A stretch of DNA of 64,000 bases. Origin: Spirulina sp. GTDB taxonomy: Bacteria > Cyanobacteriota > Cyanobacteriia > Phormidesmidales > Phormidesmidaceae. The notes under the pieces were generated by a model. It did not search any database. It was not told the origin of the DNA and worked only from the letters and a program-made list of their open reading frames with translations. The DNA is taken from assembly GCA_044070495.1 (NCBI GenBank), contig JBIPSI010000013.1:88581-152580 (forward strand), read 5' to 3'. Shown here piece after piece: positions 19,654 through 31,304 of this stretch. The translations under genes were made by a program, and so were the position numbers. The stretch's first letter is position 1. Every line of letters begins with the position of its first letter.

Positions 19654-19877
19654 GCAATCTTTTAGCCGTGCGGTGTAGCGCAGGATCGCAAGCAAAGTAT
19701 ACGGGGTCACCCAGCAGCAAGGAAGGTAGGTCAATCTCCCAGCCGATCCATCCTGCGGGCATCCAGGGAGAACCCTATTCCGCCCCCCGAACTTAGTTGA
19801 TGGTCTGAATCTTTACCCCAATCATCCCTTCTGACCACGGATTAACGATTAATTTATCTTCGCCAAAACTGAGCCAC

Positions 19878-19938
19878 AAAAAACGAACTTCTCTGACCTT
19901 GGGATGGCCCCTCGACTACGTCAGAAAAGTTCGTTTTG
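19878..19938. terminator. Inverted repeat between the convergent SLH gene and psaK
   Basis: AAAACGAACTTCTCTGAC...GTCAGAAAAGTTCGTTTT. Confidence 0.5.
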
Positions 19939-19998
19939 GGAGTATTTTTTGTCAAAAGGTCTGTTAGACGAACTTTCGCAAATTAAGTTCCCTAGTTG

Positions 19999-20259
19999 TT
20001 ACAAAGCACCCAAGTTGGCGAGGCCCAAAATGACCCCAGCCCCCAGCAAATGGCCAAAGCTGGTGGTGCCCAGCACCGCACCCACCCCAAAGCCGCCAAA
20101 CAGGTTGGAGGAGGGCATGGCTGGCCCCACACTGGGATACTTAATGGTGAACTTACCAATGGCGATGGCCAGGATATTGCAGACAATCATCACCGCTGCC
20201 ACCTTGGGGCTCCAGGTGAGGGTGGTGGGAACAGCCGCGAGAACAGGTAGGAATGCCAC
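19999..20259 (-). CDS. psaK: Photosystem I reaction centre subunit PsaK
   Basis: WSPKVAAVMIVCNILAIAIGKFTIK...TTSFGHLLGAGVILGLANLGAL; GTG start after GGAGG. Confidence 0.95.
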   Translation of the reverse strand: MAFLPVLAAVPTTLTWSPKVAAVMIVCNILAIAIGKFTIKYPSVGPAMPSSNLFGGFGVGAVLGTTSFGHLLGAGVILGLANLGAL

Positions 20260-20463
20260 AGGAATAACCTCCAAAACACAATCGAGATGAAAGGGCGGCG
20301 ATCACCCCAAAGGGCGGAAGGCCAATGCGCCGAACCGCTACCCCCAAGCCTCTCTAGCCGGATGGGGCGCGTCCGTTAGGCTTACTTTTCCACGGGGTTG
20401 TAGATTTCGGTGAAGGACTGTTGCAAGAATTTACAATCTTGGAAAGTAACGACGGTAGATCTA

Positions 20464-20892
20464 ATGGAACATGCCTTAACCTGGTTCCCTTTGCTAGGGA
20501 CGTTTATCTGGCTGGCCTGGGCGGGCTGGAATGAGTATCAAAAGGTGCAAACCTACGAGGCCTGGGCCACCGGGGCCGACCGCAGCAAGTACGATATTCG
20601 CGCCGTTCTCACCCAGCGAGGCACCACCCTCACCTGGGGCAAGCCCACTCGCCAAGGCCCCATTGATCTGGCTAGCGTTGCCCTAGAGGACATTGAGACC
20701 ATTGCCCTGCATGTGAACGGTGCACCCGTGCAGGCGGGCACCTACGTCAAGCGGGGGCAGCGGATTGAGATCGTTCTCACTACCCCTCAAGCCGTTGCCC
20801 ACCGGATTCCATTTATTGAGTTTCCCATGGCCCAACAGTGGAAAAAAGCCTTGCAGGAATCGCTACAGGCGCTAAAATCGGCATCATCTTAA
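20464..20892 (+). CDS. Conserved hypothetical membrane protein
   Basis: N-terminal TM helix, WNEYQKV, KYDIRAVL, TWGKPTR; lies upstream of ftsQ. Confidence 0.75.
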   Translation: MEHALTWFPLLGTFIWLAWAGWNEYQKVQTYEAWATGADRSKYDIRAVLTQRGTTLTWGKPTRQGPIDLASVALEDIETIALHVNGAPVQAGTYVKRGQRIEIVLTTPQAVAHRIPFIEFPMAQQWKKALQESLQALKSASS

Positions 20893-20919
20893 TGGCCCTC
20901 AGTCCCTGCCAGCGCCGCT

Positions 20920-21759
20920 ATGTCCGACGTCCCCTCTGTTTCCCGCGACCAACTCCAGGCCCGTCGTAAAACCCTACGCCGCCGCCGTCGCCTAACCCTC
21001 AGCCAATCCCTCTGGCGTTGGTTGGCTATGGCAGGGCTAACGGGGGCGGTGTTTTGGGGAGCCACTCGGCCCATCTGGCTGATCCACAGCCCACGCCAAA
21101 TCCAGGTGAGCGGCAACGAACGGCTCAGTGATGAGGCGCTGCAAGCCCTAGTGCCCATCGACTATCCCCAGTCCCTACTAGAGGTTGAACCCGAGGACAT
21201 TGCCCTGCAATTGCGGCAGCGTGCCCCCCTAGTGGAGGCCAAGGTGAGCCGCCAAATTTTGCCCCCTCGGCTCAAGGTACAGGTGCAGGAGCGGGTGCCG
21301 GTGGCGGTAGTCTTGCCCGCGAGGGGAGAAGGAGAGGAGGGGAATGGGCAGTACCTTCAGGCTGGGCTGATTGATGCCCAGGGAGCCTGGATGCCGAAGT
21401 CCAGCTTTGGCCTCCAATCCGCCAGCGATGCCCAACTGCCTACGCTGCGCCTACGCGGAATCCAATCCCAGTACCAGCGCTACTGGCCTCAGATCTACGC
21501 CACTATCCGCACCAGCCCCGTGGCGATCCAAGAACTCGACTGGCACGACCCCAGCAATCTCGTTCTCCATACGGATCTGGGCGTCGTGTACCTAGGGGCC
21601 TACAGCCCTGACCTAGAGCGCCAGTTAGCCACCCTAGACCAAATGCGCAATCTATCGGAGCAGGTAGGCAAGGCCCAGGTGTCCCACATTGACTTGACCA
21701 ATCCCGACCGCCCTTCCCTGGCCCTGACCAACCCATCACAACCGGAAGACCAGCCCTAG
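20920..21759 (+). CDS. ftsQ: Cell division protein FtsQ/DivIB
   Basis: Basic N-terminus, single TM helix, POTRA-like IQVSGN...VQERVPVA, C-terminal IDLTNP; upstream of ftsZ. Confidence 0.9.
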   Translation: MSDVPSVSRDQLQARRKTLRRRRRLTLSQSLWRWLAMAGLTGAVFWGATRPIWLIHSPRQIQVSGNERLSDEALQALVPIDYPQSLLEVEPEDIALQLRQRAPLVEAKVSRQILPPRLKVQVQERVPVAVVLPARGEGEEGNGQYLQAGLIDAQGAWMPKSSFGLQSASDAQLPTLRLRGIQSQYQRYWPQIYATIRTSPVAIQELDWHDPSNLVLHTDLGVVYLGAYSPDLERQLATLDQMRNLSEQVGKAQVSHIDLTNPDRPSLALTNPSQPEDQP

Positions 21760-22073
21760 GGGGCCCTGCCATTATGCCGTTACCATGGCCAAGGTCATGG
21801 CAGCACCATCCCCATTAATCCGCAGATAGGTTCCCCTCCAAACTGGCTGACTGTCCTCATATCCAGGACATTTTTCGGGTCTGCGTCGCCGGGAACCGAA
21901 GGCTTAAGGGGGGGGCATTTTTAGATTTTCTTTAGAAATACGGACAAAGGATTCCATTTTTAGATTTCGTTTGTTTTTTTCAACTGAAGTAATCTATAGT
22001 TGTCTAGAATCAGCCAGGGTTAGCCAGAACAGTGCTTAGTGCTATTGTTCATAACCTGTATTAACGATTGCCT

Positions 22074-23390
22074 ATGATTTTTGAGCCCCCAAATTCTGGC
22101 GATTTCCCCAGTGCCGATCCCCGTTCTAACTCCGTTCACTCCGATAACCACGTGGTCCCTCCCTCGGGCGACGCTGTAGCTTCGGTTAATGAACATCCCG
22201 GCTCTGATCTCAATACCTTCCACCCTATCGGACGTCAGCCCAGTCAACCTAACGATGCTACCGCTATGCCCGGAGATACGTTAAACCACAACACCGCATT
22301 GCCCAGTAGCGTTGCCCGTATCAAGGTGATTGGGGTGGGAGGTGGCGGCTGTAATGCCGTCAACCGCATGATCCATAGCGGCCTAGCTGGCATCGAATTT
22401 TGGTCTGTGAACACTGACGCCCAGGCCCTAGAAAACTCTGCCATTTCTAACACGCTCCACATTGGTCAAAAGTTGACCCGTGGCTTGGGGGCAGGCGGGA
22501 ACCCCGCCATTGGCCAAAAAGCCGCCGAGGAATCCCGTGAGGATATCGCAGCGGCCCTAGAAGATTCTGACCTCGTCTTTATTACGGCGGGGATGGGGGG
22601 AGGCACCGGAACCGGAGCCGCTCCCATTGTGGCGGAGATTGCCAAGGAAGCTGGAGCCCTCACCATCGGGGTTGTCACCCGTCCTTTTACCTTTGAGGGG
22701 CGTCGTCGCATGACCCAAGCCGACGAGGGCATTGCCGCCCTCCAGGGCCGGGTAGACACCCTGATTGTGATCCCCAACGACAAGCTGCTGTCGGTGATTT
22801 CCGAGCAAACCCCCGTCCAGGAAGCCTTCCGCACCGCCGACGACATCCTGCGCCAGGGCGTTCAGGGTATTTCCGACATCATTACTATCCCCGGCTTGGT
22901 GAACGTAGACTTCGCCGACGTGCGGGCGGTGATGGCGGATGCGGGTACGGCGCTGATGGGGATTGGCGTTGGCTCCGGCAAGTCGCGAGCCAGGGAAGCG
23001 GCCATTGCGGCCATTTCCTCACCCCTGCTAGAGGCGTCCATTGATGGCGCGTCCGGTGCCGTCTTTAACGTCACTGGCGGCACCGACCTCACCCTCCATG
23101 AGGTTAACGCAGCGGCGGAAATTATCTACGAAGGGGTCGATCCCAACGCCAACATTATCTTTGGGGCCGTTATCGATGAACGACTGCAAGGGGAAGTGAG
23201 AATCACCGTCATCGCCACGGGCTTTAATACCCGACCGGGGGTGCAGCCCGTCGTAGAAGCCGAGCGAGTCACGCCCTTCAAGCGCAACCTGACGCCACCC
23301 CCTCCCACGTCCCCCGGCGGTGGAGGAGGGTTAGGTGCAGGACTTGATATCCCTGAGTTTCTGCAACGACGACGCCCCAACAATCGTTAG
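22074..23390 (+). CDS. ftsZ: Cell division protein FtsZ
   Basis: [30 protein letters not shown]-terminal LDIPEFL; start uncertain (22068, 22074 or 22266). Confidence 0.98.
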   Translation: MIFEPPNSGDFPSADPRSNSVHSDNHVVPPSGDAVASVNEHPGSDLNTFHPIGRQPSQPNDATAMPGDTLNHNTALPSSVARIKVIGVGGGGCNAVNRMIHSGLAGIEFWSVNTDAQALENSAISNTLHIGQKLTRGLGAGGNPAIGQKAAEESREDIAAALEDSDLVFITAGMGGGTGTGAAPIVAEIAKEAGALTIGVVTRPFTFEGRRRMTQADEGIAALQGRVDTLIVIPNDKLLSVISEQTPVQEAFRTADDILRQGVQGISDIITIPGLVNVDFADVRAVMADAGTALMGIGVGSGKSRAREAAIAAISSPLLEASIDGASGAVFNVTGGTDLTLHEVNAAAEIIYEGVDPNANIIFGAVIDERLQGEVRITVIATGFNTRPGVQPVVEAERVTPFKRNLTPPPPTSPGGGGGLGAGLDIPEFLQRRRPNNR

Positions 23391-23439
23391 TGGCCCATCC
23401 TAGGATCTACCACCGACTCATCCATCCGACCGTAACACC

Positions 23440-24252
<813 letters not shown>

Positions 24253-24262
24253 AGCGTCTGCC

Positions 24263-24589
24263 CTAGGACTCAACACCCAACAGCCGCGCCACCACGGTTT
24301 CGATGGCAGGGGCCAAGGCTTGCAGCACAGGGGACAGGATGACGACCGTGCCCGCAGTGATAATAATGGTGCGGGCAATCATCAGGTTATCCCGCAAAAG
24401 CTGAAAGAACCGATCATCCCAGCGCTTAATCTCCTCGGCCAACTGCTGATCTCGGCGTTTGCCGTCCTCCGCGAGCTGGTTCACGTCAGCGGTGATGCGG
24501 TCTACAGTGAGACCAATGCGATCAATGGTCTCACTGTTTTTAGCCACAAGGGCTTCAATACGGTCTAGACGGTCGTTGCTTTGGGTCAT
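24263..24589 (-). CDS. Small coiled-coil protein with hydrophobic C-terminus
   Basis: 108 aa; heptad-like N-terminal half followed by ARTIIITAGTVVILSP; resembles 42683-43000. Confidence 0.7.
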   Translation of the reverse strand: MTQSNDRLDRIEALVAKNSETIDRIGLTVDRITADVNQLAEDGKRRDQQLAEEIKRWDDRFFQLLRDNLMIARTIIITAGTVVILSPVLQALAPAIETVVARLLGVES

Positions 24590-24760
24590 GGGTCAATGTG
24601 GGCGAAACCCTGTGCCTACAGTATGCCAAAGGAATAGCCTACCAAACCAAAGACCCCGGAGTGCTGAACTACCGGGGTCTTCGTAATTTTGAGAATGAGT
24701 AATTTGGGAAATGAATCAGGACTAGATACCAAATCCTGGTTGGCTATCCCCGGATTGGAT

Positions 24761-24784
24761 GGGCGAGGAGACCTCGCCCCTACG
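24761..24784. repeat. REP-like palindrome, copy 3
   Basis: GGGCGAGGAGACCTCGCCCCTACG. Confidence 0.85.
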
Positions 24785-24849
24785 CACGGTTGGGCGAATT
24801 TGAAATCGGGGATGCGGAGTTCGGATTTGGCATGAAGACGAGCCTGGCC

Positions 24850-25500
24850 CTAGGCTTTTTCGATCAGGGCAATGTTCGAGAACACAAAGTCCTGCACTTG
24901 GGGGCCATTGGGGGTCACCGTTTCAATGTGGCGGTGGGAGAGGATGTAGTAGCCATCCACGGATTCGTAGTTGTCCTCAAAGGTGCTGAGGCCACCTTTT
25001 TGCTCGCCGGTTTGCGGATCGTGGTAGACCGAATCGTAGCGATGGGAGAGGTAGCCCGCCCCGGTATCGTGGCTGCTGAAGGTGTGAATGGTGACCACTA
25101 CGCCATGGATGTGGCGATGCACCATAGACACTTCATTGTCGCGAACGTGGTACTTGTCGCCCTCGGCTTTGCCCCCCATCAGGATTTCCACCCCGCCCTC
25201 GGCTAGGGTTTCGCCATAGCGGAAGGTGTTGGCCCCGTGGCTGTCTTCAAAGCTACGGCGGATGCGGTGAATGGCTACCTCAAACAACTGGCCGTGGATG
25301 GCTTTTTGGGCGGCGTCATCGTCTACCCCGGCTACCTCTGGCTTCAGGTCAGCGCTAACCTTGGCCTTGCCCGTGTAGATTTTGCCGTTGTCGGTGTAGG
25401 TCACATCGGCGGTGTAGCCTGGAAAGTCTCGATCCCAGGTGTAGCGGTTTTCGTAAGCGGCGCGAAATAAATCCTGGGCCGCGATCTGGGTTCCAACCAT
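24850..25500 (-). CDS. DUF3386-family protein
   Basis: FRAAYENRYTWD.FPGY, AIHRIRRSFE.HG, VHRHIHGVVVTI. Confidence 0.8.
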   Translation of the reverse strand: MVGTQIAAQDLFRAAYENRYTWDRDFPGYTADVTYTDNGKIYTGKAKVSADLKPEVAGVDDDAAQKAIHGQLFEVAIHRIRRSFEDSHGANTFRYGETLAEGGVEILMGGKAEGDKYHVRDNEVSMVHRHIHGVVVTIHTFSSHDTGAGYLSHRYDSVYHDPQTGEQKGGLSTFEDNYESVDGYYILSHRHIETVTPNGPQVQDFVFSNIALIEKA

Positions 25501-25523
25501 GAATTCTCTCCGGTTAAGGTTTT

Positions 25524-25562
25524 GGCTTATCTAAATAGGAAAAATTCCTATTTAGATAAGCC
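25524..25562. promoter_or_regulatory. Perfect inverted repeat with 18-bp arms (operator or terminator)
   Basis: GGCTTATCTAAATAGGAA-AAA-TTCCTATTTAGATAAGCC. Confidence 0.6.
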
Positions 25563-25687
25563 TGTTTTCTTAGCATAGCGAGATTTGGCCCATCCTGCTG
25601 TCCTTGGAGAGAGCCAAAATCGCTGTTCCCACAGATCGGGACAAGGGGGATGGGCCAAGGAGGCTATCCATAACCGCTGAACGGGGC

Positions 25688-26428
25688 CTAGCGGGAGGAG
25701 TAGGTGAGCGAACGCCAAGCAAACTTGGGCAGGGCCAGCATTCGTCGCCAGCGCCAAGGTTCTTGGTAAAGGCGATAGAGCCATTCCAGGTGGTTTTTGC
25801 CCATCCATTCGGGGGCACGGGTTTTAACGCCCGCCCAAATATCAAAGCTGCCACCCACACCAATCCAAACGCTGTTGGGGCAAAGATGGCGATGGTCACG
25901 GATCCACATTTCCTGACGAGGTACGCCCAGACCCACCAGAATGACGCTCGGTTGCAGGGTCGCTAGCCGTTGCAGGAAGGCAGGTTGATCCTCAGGGCTG
26001 AGGAAACCGTGCTGGTTGCCCACAATTTGAATCCCTGACGCTTGGCGCTGCCAGTACAGGGCGGCATGATCGGTGATACCGGGGGCACCACCATAGAAAA
26101 AGACCGTCTCCTGGGGGGTCAGCCGTTGCAAGACCTGGGCCGCTAGCTCAATACCGGGAGTGCGCTCAATCCGTTTGCCCTTGGCCCGAAAGTAGAGCAC
26201 CACCCCTGCACCGTCGGGAATGACCAAATCGGCTCCCAGAATAATGTGGCGCAGGGCCAGGTTACGATCCGCCTGCATCGCCATTTCCGCATTTAGCGTT
26301 ACCACATGGGCACCCACCCCGGCCCGATACTGGGTCAATAGCCAACCTGCGTAGTCCACACCCACATGGACAGGTAGCCCCATTACCTTCAAGGTTTTTA
26401 TCGCATCCGACCGATTTGCCAAGACCAT
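25688..26428 (-). CDS. WecB/TagA/CpsF-family glycosyltransferase
   Basis: HVVTLNAE, PDGAGV, VGLGVPRQE, GVGGSFD, RAP, EWLYRLYQEPWR. Confidence 0.93.
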   Translation of the reverse strand: MVLANRSDAIKTLKVMGLPVHVGVDYAGWLLTQYRAGVGAHVVTLNAEMAMQADRNLALRHIILGADLVIPDGAGVVLYFRAKGKRIERTPGIELAAQVLQRLTPQETVFFYGGAPGITDHAALYWQRQASGIQIVGNQHGFLSPEDQPAFLQRLATLQPSVILVGLGVPRQEMWIRDHRHLCPNSVWIGVGGSFDIWAGVKTRAPEWMGKNHLEWLYRLYQEPWRWRRMLALPKFAWRSLTYSSR

Positions 26429-26653
26429 GGCCATCCTCCTCAATCTGCCAATGTTATCATCGCAAGCTACCCCCAGAAGCGTTGGGAGTACCCTTGACAC
26501 CAAGTCGCTTAACCATAGAGACCATACCCCGGAACCGGCTGATTTTGTTGCATTTCTCAACCATTTTCTGAGAAGTTCATCCTAGCCATGGGGCGGCTCA
26601 GGTTAGGATGAATTCAAGAGATTTAACCCTTGCCAGAAGAGGTTTTTAGGCCG

Positions 26654-27010
26654 ATGACGGAACCCATTGCCCCCATTACCCTGCCCCTGCCCGACGATGC
26701 CCAGCAGGAGGGCGAGTGGTTGCGGTCGGTGCTGCTGCGGTGGCTGAATGCCGAATATCTGCCGGAACCCGCCAACGAAGCCATTGCAGAACGGGCAGCC
26801 CAGGTGTTTACCCGGCAGCGCATGGAGGGCGAAGACGATCTGGGTTCCCTGGTGATGGCTATTTTGACGGAGTTGCAATCCTTCGATTTTTCCCAGAGCT
26901 TCTATGGCGAGTTTGCGGTGGCCAATGCGGTGGGGGATTTAATCTGTGATCGTCTGGGCATTGATCGCTGCTGTGGGCGCTCCAACACCCTAGACACAAA
27001 GGAGGTGTGA
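26654..27010 (+). CDS. Conserved hypothetical protein
   Basis: RWLNAEYLPE, RQRMEGE, SFYGEFAVANAV, C-terminal CCG. Confidence 0.75.
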   Translation: MTEPIAPITLPLPDDAQQEGEWLRSVLLRWLNAEYLPEPANEAIAERAAQVFTRQRMEGEDDLGSLVMAILTELQSFDFSQSFYGEFAVANAVGDLICDRLGIDRCCGRSNTLDTKEV

Positions 27011-27279
27011 GTAACCCCACACCCCCTGAGTTTGTTGCCCAATGGGCTTAGTTCTACCGCTTTTCCGACACCCATTTTTGAAATAGCCCTAGGGTGTGTC
27101 ATCAATTCCAGCCAAAACCTTTGTAGGACAAGCCTTGCCACGCTCGATTATGGGAAGCAGGCTAGGGGCTGTAACCATTGATTTCTGGGCTATCAGCGAT
27201 TGATTGATGACAGGCCCTAGGCTTGCGATGGGCAAACCCTAGGCAAAAAAGCGACCGAAAAACCCTCAGCCTCAGAAAA

Positions 27280-27582
27280 TTACCAGCTCGACTTAACCAC
27301 ACCGGGGAGCAAGCCCTGGTGGGCCATTTCTCGCAACTTGTTGCGGCAGAGACCGAAATCACGGTAGTACCCACGGGGGCGTCCGGTCATCCAGCAGCGG
27401 TTGTGCAGACGGGTGGGGGCGCTGTTGCGGGGCAGTTGTTGAATTTTGCGGTGAATTTCAACCCGCTCTTGCTGAGACTGAGCGTTGTTAAATTCTTCAA
27501 GCAGGGCTTCCCGCTTTTTGGCGTACTTGGCCACCAGTTTTTCCCGCTTGTGCTCGCGGGCGATCATGCTTTTCTTCGCCAT
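27280..27582 (-). CDS. rpsN: 30S ribosomal protein S14
   Basis: [10 protein letters not shown]...[20 protein letters not shown]...LPGVVKSSW. Confidence 0.98.
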   Translation of the reverse strand: MAKKSMIAREHKREKLVAKYAKKREALLEEFNNAQSQQERVEIHRKIQQLPRNSAPTRLHNRCWMTGRPRGYYRDFGLCRNKLREMAHQGLLPGVVKSSW

Positions 27583-27724
27583 GGGGTTTCTTAGCCGTAG
27601 AACCTTAGAGTACAGACACAGTCTTCTATCTTAGTGGATGAACGAGCGTTGTGTAAACTCCTAAGTTAAACCCCGGCTACCAGGGGTGAGGCGGCTGGGG
27701 CTAACGCTGCTTTGGGCTTCCTGG

Positions 27725-29215
27725 TTAACGGTTGTTTTGATCCTCCGGTGCGAGTTGGGGGAATCCCAGAGTGTCACCCAGAATGTCGTCGGTACTGGGA
27801 GGTTGCGCTGTACTAGCACGGAGGGCGGGCAGGGTGATCACGAGGCGATAACCGGCTTCGTCGTTGCCCTGAAGACGCAGGTGACCACCATGATGTTGGG
27901 CCAGGTGGTGGCAGAGGAGCAGGCCTAGCCAGTGCTTGGAGATGGCGGCAGGGGTGAGACCATTGCCGAGCAAGCCATGGTTTTCGAGGGCAATCTCTAG
28001 GTTGCGGGATCCATTGCTCTGATCTAGAGCTTGGCAAAGGTGGATCATACTGTTAGGGAGGCCTTCCCCCAGCCAAGGATTGGAAACCCACAGGGCGAGG
28101 GCGAGGGATTGGCCCTTGCGGGAGCTGTGGATGCGCAGAATGCTGTTTTCGCTGGCCATGTGCATGAGACTGAACACGGCATGGTACAAGATTTGCTTGA
28201 CCGTGTGCTGATCCAAGATCCAGAGGCCCTGGTTGGGTTCCACGGTGAAATCTAGAGTTTGGGAAAGGGTTTCGGCTAGGGGGGCTAGGGTGTCGAGCGC
28301 CTGATGCCCCAGGCGGTTGATGTCCACTGGGGCGGCGACGAGATGGGTGGATTCAGGGCTGATCAGGCCCAGATCTAAAATTTCATCCACCTGGTTCATT
28401 AAGGTTTGGCTACTGCTGCGTACAATGGCCACATACTCCCGCTGTTTCTCGGTGAGGGGGCCGTAAATCTCCCGGCTGAGCATACTGGTCATGCCGAGCA
28501 CAGCGGTGAGGGGGTTACGCAGATCTTGAATGAGTTGACCAATCAAATGCAGGCGCACAGAGTCTACGGCGGCTTGTTCCGACTGCACTGTCAGGGCCTG
28601 ATCCCCATGGCCAACGGCACCCCTCTGGCGTTCGTATTCGCCTATCCCCCAGCGGGCGGCCATGGCCAAAAAGCTGACATCCTGAGCGCTAAATTCACGG
28701 GGCTGACGATCCATCACGGCCAGCACCCCAATGCACTGGTGTTGGCTGGTGATCAGGGGCACGGCACAGTAGGCCACTAATCCATAGGTGGCCATCATGG
28801 AGGTGGCACTGAGGTCAGGACATTGGGTGACATCGGCTACAGCCCAGGGCTGCTGGCTGTCTAGGACGTAGCTACTGAGGCTATCAACCAGGGGCAGTTT
28901 TCGTCCCGTCGCCAGGGGGTTACCGATCCCCAGGTTAGACAGGCCATAGGTAGCCCTGAAAGCCTCGATGTCGTCTAGAACCACGCTGATCCAGCCCACG
29001 GCCATGCCAAAATGCTCCCGCACCAGTTGAATCGCCTCTTCAAAGGCGGGAATGCTGCGGTGTTCATCGAGGCCGAGGGCCACAATGGCCTCTAATCGAG
29101 CCTGGGATCGGTTGGCATGGGAGAGGGAGAGAGGCACATCGGAAGACCAGCTTGGGGAAGCAACGTCGGAAGGGGACGGCCCACGGGCAGAGGAAATAAG
29201 AGAACTCATGGCCAC
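27725..29215 (-). CDS. GAF-domain sensor histidine-kinase-like protein with degenerate H-box
   Basis: GAF segment (AYCAVPLIT...IGVLAVMDRQPREF), HisKA-like QDLRNPLT, degenerate HATPase (LGLLLCHHLAQHHGG). Confidence 0.85.
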   Translation of the reverse strand: MAMSSLISSARGPSPSDVASPSWSSDVPLSLSHANRSQARLEAIVALGLDEHRSIPAFEEAIQLVREHFGMAVGWISVVLDDIEAFRATYGLSNLGIGNPLATGRKLPLVDSLSSYVLDSQQPWAVADVTQCPDLSATSMMATYGLVAYCAVPLITSQHQCIGVLAVMDRQPREFSAQDVSFLAMAARWGIGEYERQRGAVGHGDQALTVQSEQAAVDSVRLHLIGQLIQDLRNPLTAVLGMTSMLSREIYGPLTEKQREYVAIVRSSSQTLMNQVDEILDLGLISPESTHLVAAPVDINRLGHQALDTLAPLAETLSQTLDFTVEPNQGLWILDQHTVKQILYHAVFSLMHMASENSILRIHSSRKGQSLALALWVSNPWLGEGLPNSMIHLCQALDQSNGSRNLEIALENHGLLGNGLTPAAISKHWLGLLLCHHLAQHHGGHLRLQGNDEAGYRLVITLPALRASTAQPPSTDDILGDTLGFPQLAPEDQNNR

Positions 29216-29291
29216 GGATGGAGAGGGTTAGGGAAGACCCCCTTATCGTTCCCGGATTAAGACTAATACGAACATTTTGCCTATCAAGAAT

Positions 29292-29305
29292 GTAAACTTT
29301 TATAC
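29292..29305. promoter_or_regulatory. Possible NtcA box upstream of the GAF kinase-like gene
   Basis: GTA-AACTTTTA-TAC (GTA-N8-TAC) about 80 bp upstream of the start. Confidence 0.4.
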
Positions 29306-29334
29306 TGCTCTTACCCCCAACTCCCGATGGCTCC

Positions 29335-31083
29335 CTAGGTGTGAGTTCCCCTGGTCAGCCGTTGATCGAGACGGCTAAAGAGGTGGGTTGCCCCAGCTTC
29401 TAGGTCTTGATACTCAGACAGAATTGGCTCCACCGCCTCGGTCTCGCGCTCTACGTAGTCGTAGAACTGGGTAAAGATCCGCTCCACCTCTTCGTAGATC
29501 AAATCTAGCTTTTCGTTGAGGCGGGTGGCAATGGCGGACTGAAAGCGTTGTTTTTCGCCATCGAGGGCTTGCTCAAACTTGGCGATGATGCGGCGACGCT
29601 GCCACAGAATGCCAATGGCCAGCACCACCGCCCCCACCCCAGCAAAGGCAAGTCCAATGGCGCTGAGAATCGCCTCCGCCACCGCAAACTCGATGGCGTA
29701 GAGAATCGCCCCGGAGACCGCCATCACCGCCCCACCCACAATTTCGTTGGCCATGTCTCCAGCCTGGGTGGTGAGCATTTCCCCGATGCCCTGGTTGGTG
29801 AGCAGTTTGGCCACCTTAGCCCGCACCGTTTCGATCACCTCCTGCCGCCGCTCCAAAACCGTGAGGGAAATGTGGCTACTCTGAATTTGGTGGGATTTCA
29901 CGGCATCGAGATCCTGGTTCAGCCCCTCAAAAAGTTGGCGAATGCCGTCTACAAAGTGCTGCGCCCCTTCCTGGGACACCTCTTCTAGGGAATCCCGCAG
30001 GGTTTGGCTACAGTGATCTCGAAACTCATCCACCCAGGCTTGCATGGAGGCTTCCTCGTCAAACAGGCCCACAAAGGATCGGCGCATCACCATGCCCACG
30101 GACAGGCTTTTGCGAAATTCGGCCTTAATCTGGGCCGACATCACCTCATAACGGGCGGCGAGGCGATCCGCCAGGGTGTTGACCTCGTAGCGGGATCGGG
30201 CCTTCCCGGCATCAATTTTGGTGCGAAGGTTCTGGGCCGTAGTTTGGTCGATAGCCAACTGTTGACGCAGCCCCTCCACATCCCCCTGCAGCCGATCAAT
30301 AATTTGCTGGGTGGTTTGGCTGACGGAACGTAGCTTGATGATGTAGCTCTCCCCAGAGGCCACCATGGTTTGAATATATTGCCGCACGGGTTCAAAACCG
30401 CTGTTTTCCCGGTCGCCTTCCTCCTCTAGAACGGCGGCGGTGGGAAAGATGATCGGTGCGGAAATGTTCTTCTGGTGAGCATATTCCCGCACCCGTTCAA
30501 GGTTGGTTTGCAGATCGGTGGGGCGCAGCAGATCCGCCTGTTGCAGGATAAACACCACTTTTTTGCGCCACTCGGCACTGACAAAATCCAGGAAGTCCCA
30601 GGCGCTTTTTTGGTAGGGATTTTTGGCAAACAGCACGAAAAACGTGAGGTCGCTGTTGGGAATATAGCGCTCGGTGATGATCTGGTGTTCCGCAATCACC
30701 GTGTTGGTGCCGGGGGTGTCCACGATGGAAATCTCTTGCAGGATAGGAATGGGCCGCCCCACCTTCCGCAGCTTTGGCTCCACCTGATGCTCGTACTCGG
30801 TCTCGGCGTAGACAATTTGCTGAATCGTGTCGGTGCAGGGTTCAATGTCGGTGGCGCACACCTCCGCCCCCAGCAGGGCATTCACAAAGCTGCTTTTGCC
30901 CGCCTTTACCTCCCCCACCACCACAAAGAGAAACGGCTCGTTAATGTTGTGGCGCAGGCGCTGGGTGGTGCCTTGCAGGTCGGGATTATTAATCCGGGTG
31001 GCCAACTGCTGCACCTGGGCCAGGAGGTGGTCAAGGTCATCCCGATAGGCGACGAGGGTAGGGTTAATCAGGGCACTGGTCAC
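29335..31083 (-). CDS. Bacterial dynamin-like GTPase
   Basis: VVGEVKAGKSS, VDTPGTN, long helical region and C-terminal hydrophobic hairpin; start uncertain. Confidence 0.88.
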   Translation of the reverse strand: MTSALINPTLVAYRDDLDHLLAQVQQLATRINNPDLQGTTQRLRHNINEPFLFVVVGEVKAGKSSFVNALLGAEVCATDIEPCTDTIQQIVYAETEYEHQVEPKLRKVGRPIPILQEISIVDTPGTNTVIAEHQIITERYIPNSDLTFFVLFAKNPYQKSAWDFLDFVSAEWRKKVVFILQQADLLRPTDLQTNLERVREYAHQKNISAPIIFPTAAVLEEEGDRENSGFEPVRQYIQTMVASGESYIIKLRSVSQTTQQIIDRLQGDVEGLRQQLAIDQTTAQNLRTKIDAGKARSRYEVNTLADRLAARYEVMSAQIKAEFRKSLSVGMVMRRSFVGLFDEEASMQAWVDEFRDHCSQTLRDSLEEVSQEGAQHFVDGIRQLFEGLNQDLDAVKSHQIQSSHISLTVLERRQEVIETVRAKVAKLLTNQGIGEMLTTQAGDMANEIVGGAVMAVSGAILYAIEFAVAEAILSAIGLAFAGVGAVVLAIGILWQRRRIIAKFEQALDGEKQRFQSAIATRLNEKLDLIYEEVERIFTQFYDYVERETEAVEPILSEYQDLEAGATHLFSRLDQRLTRGTHT

Positions 31084-31304
31084 GGGCGATACCTCCCAAC
31101 GGTGGTGGGCCAAAGGTGGCGGGACTAGCCCCGGAACTGCCTCAGGACACACCCCTCATTCAGTCCCAGATTATCGCACCCGTCCCATCCACCCAAGGGA
31201 GGAAAGCCAGCCCAGCCCAGGGGCAATATCCCGCCCCAACCAAGGGAACCGCCCCAAGTCTAGCGATTCCCCCAATGCCCATAGACTCAGAGACTCCGGC
31301 CACG

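Noticed and set aside
25570..25966. Short ORFs overlapping the glycosyltransferase 3' end
   Set aside because: Alternative frames of an intact WecB/TagA gene; no frameshift is needed
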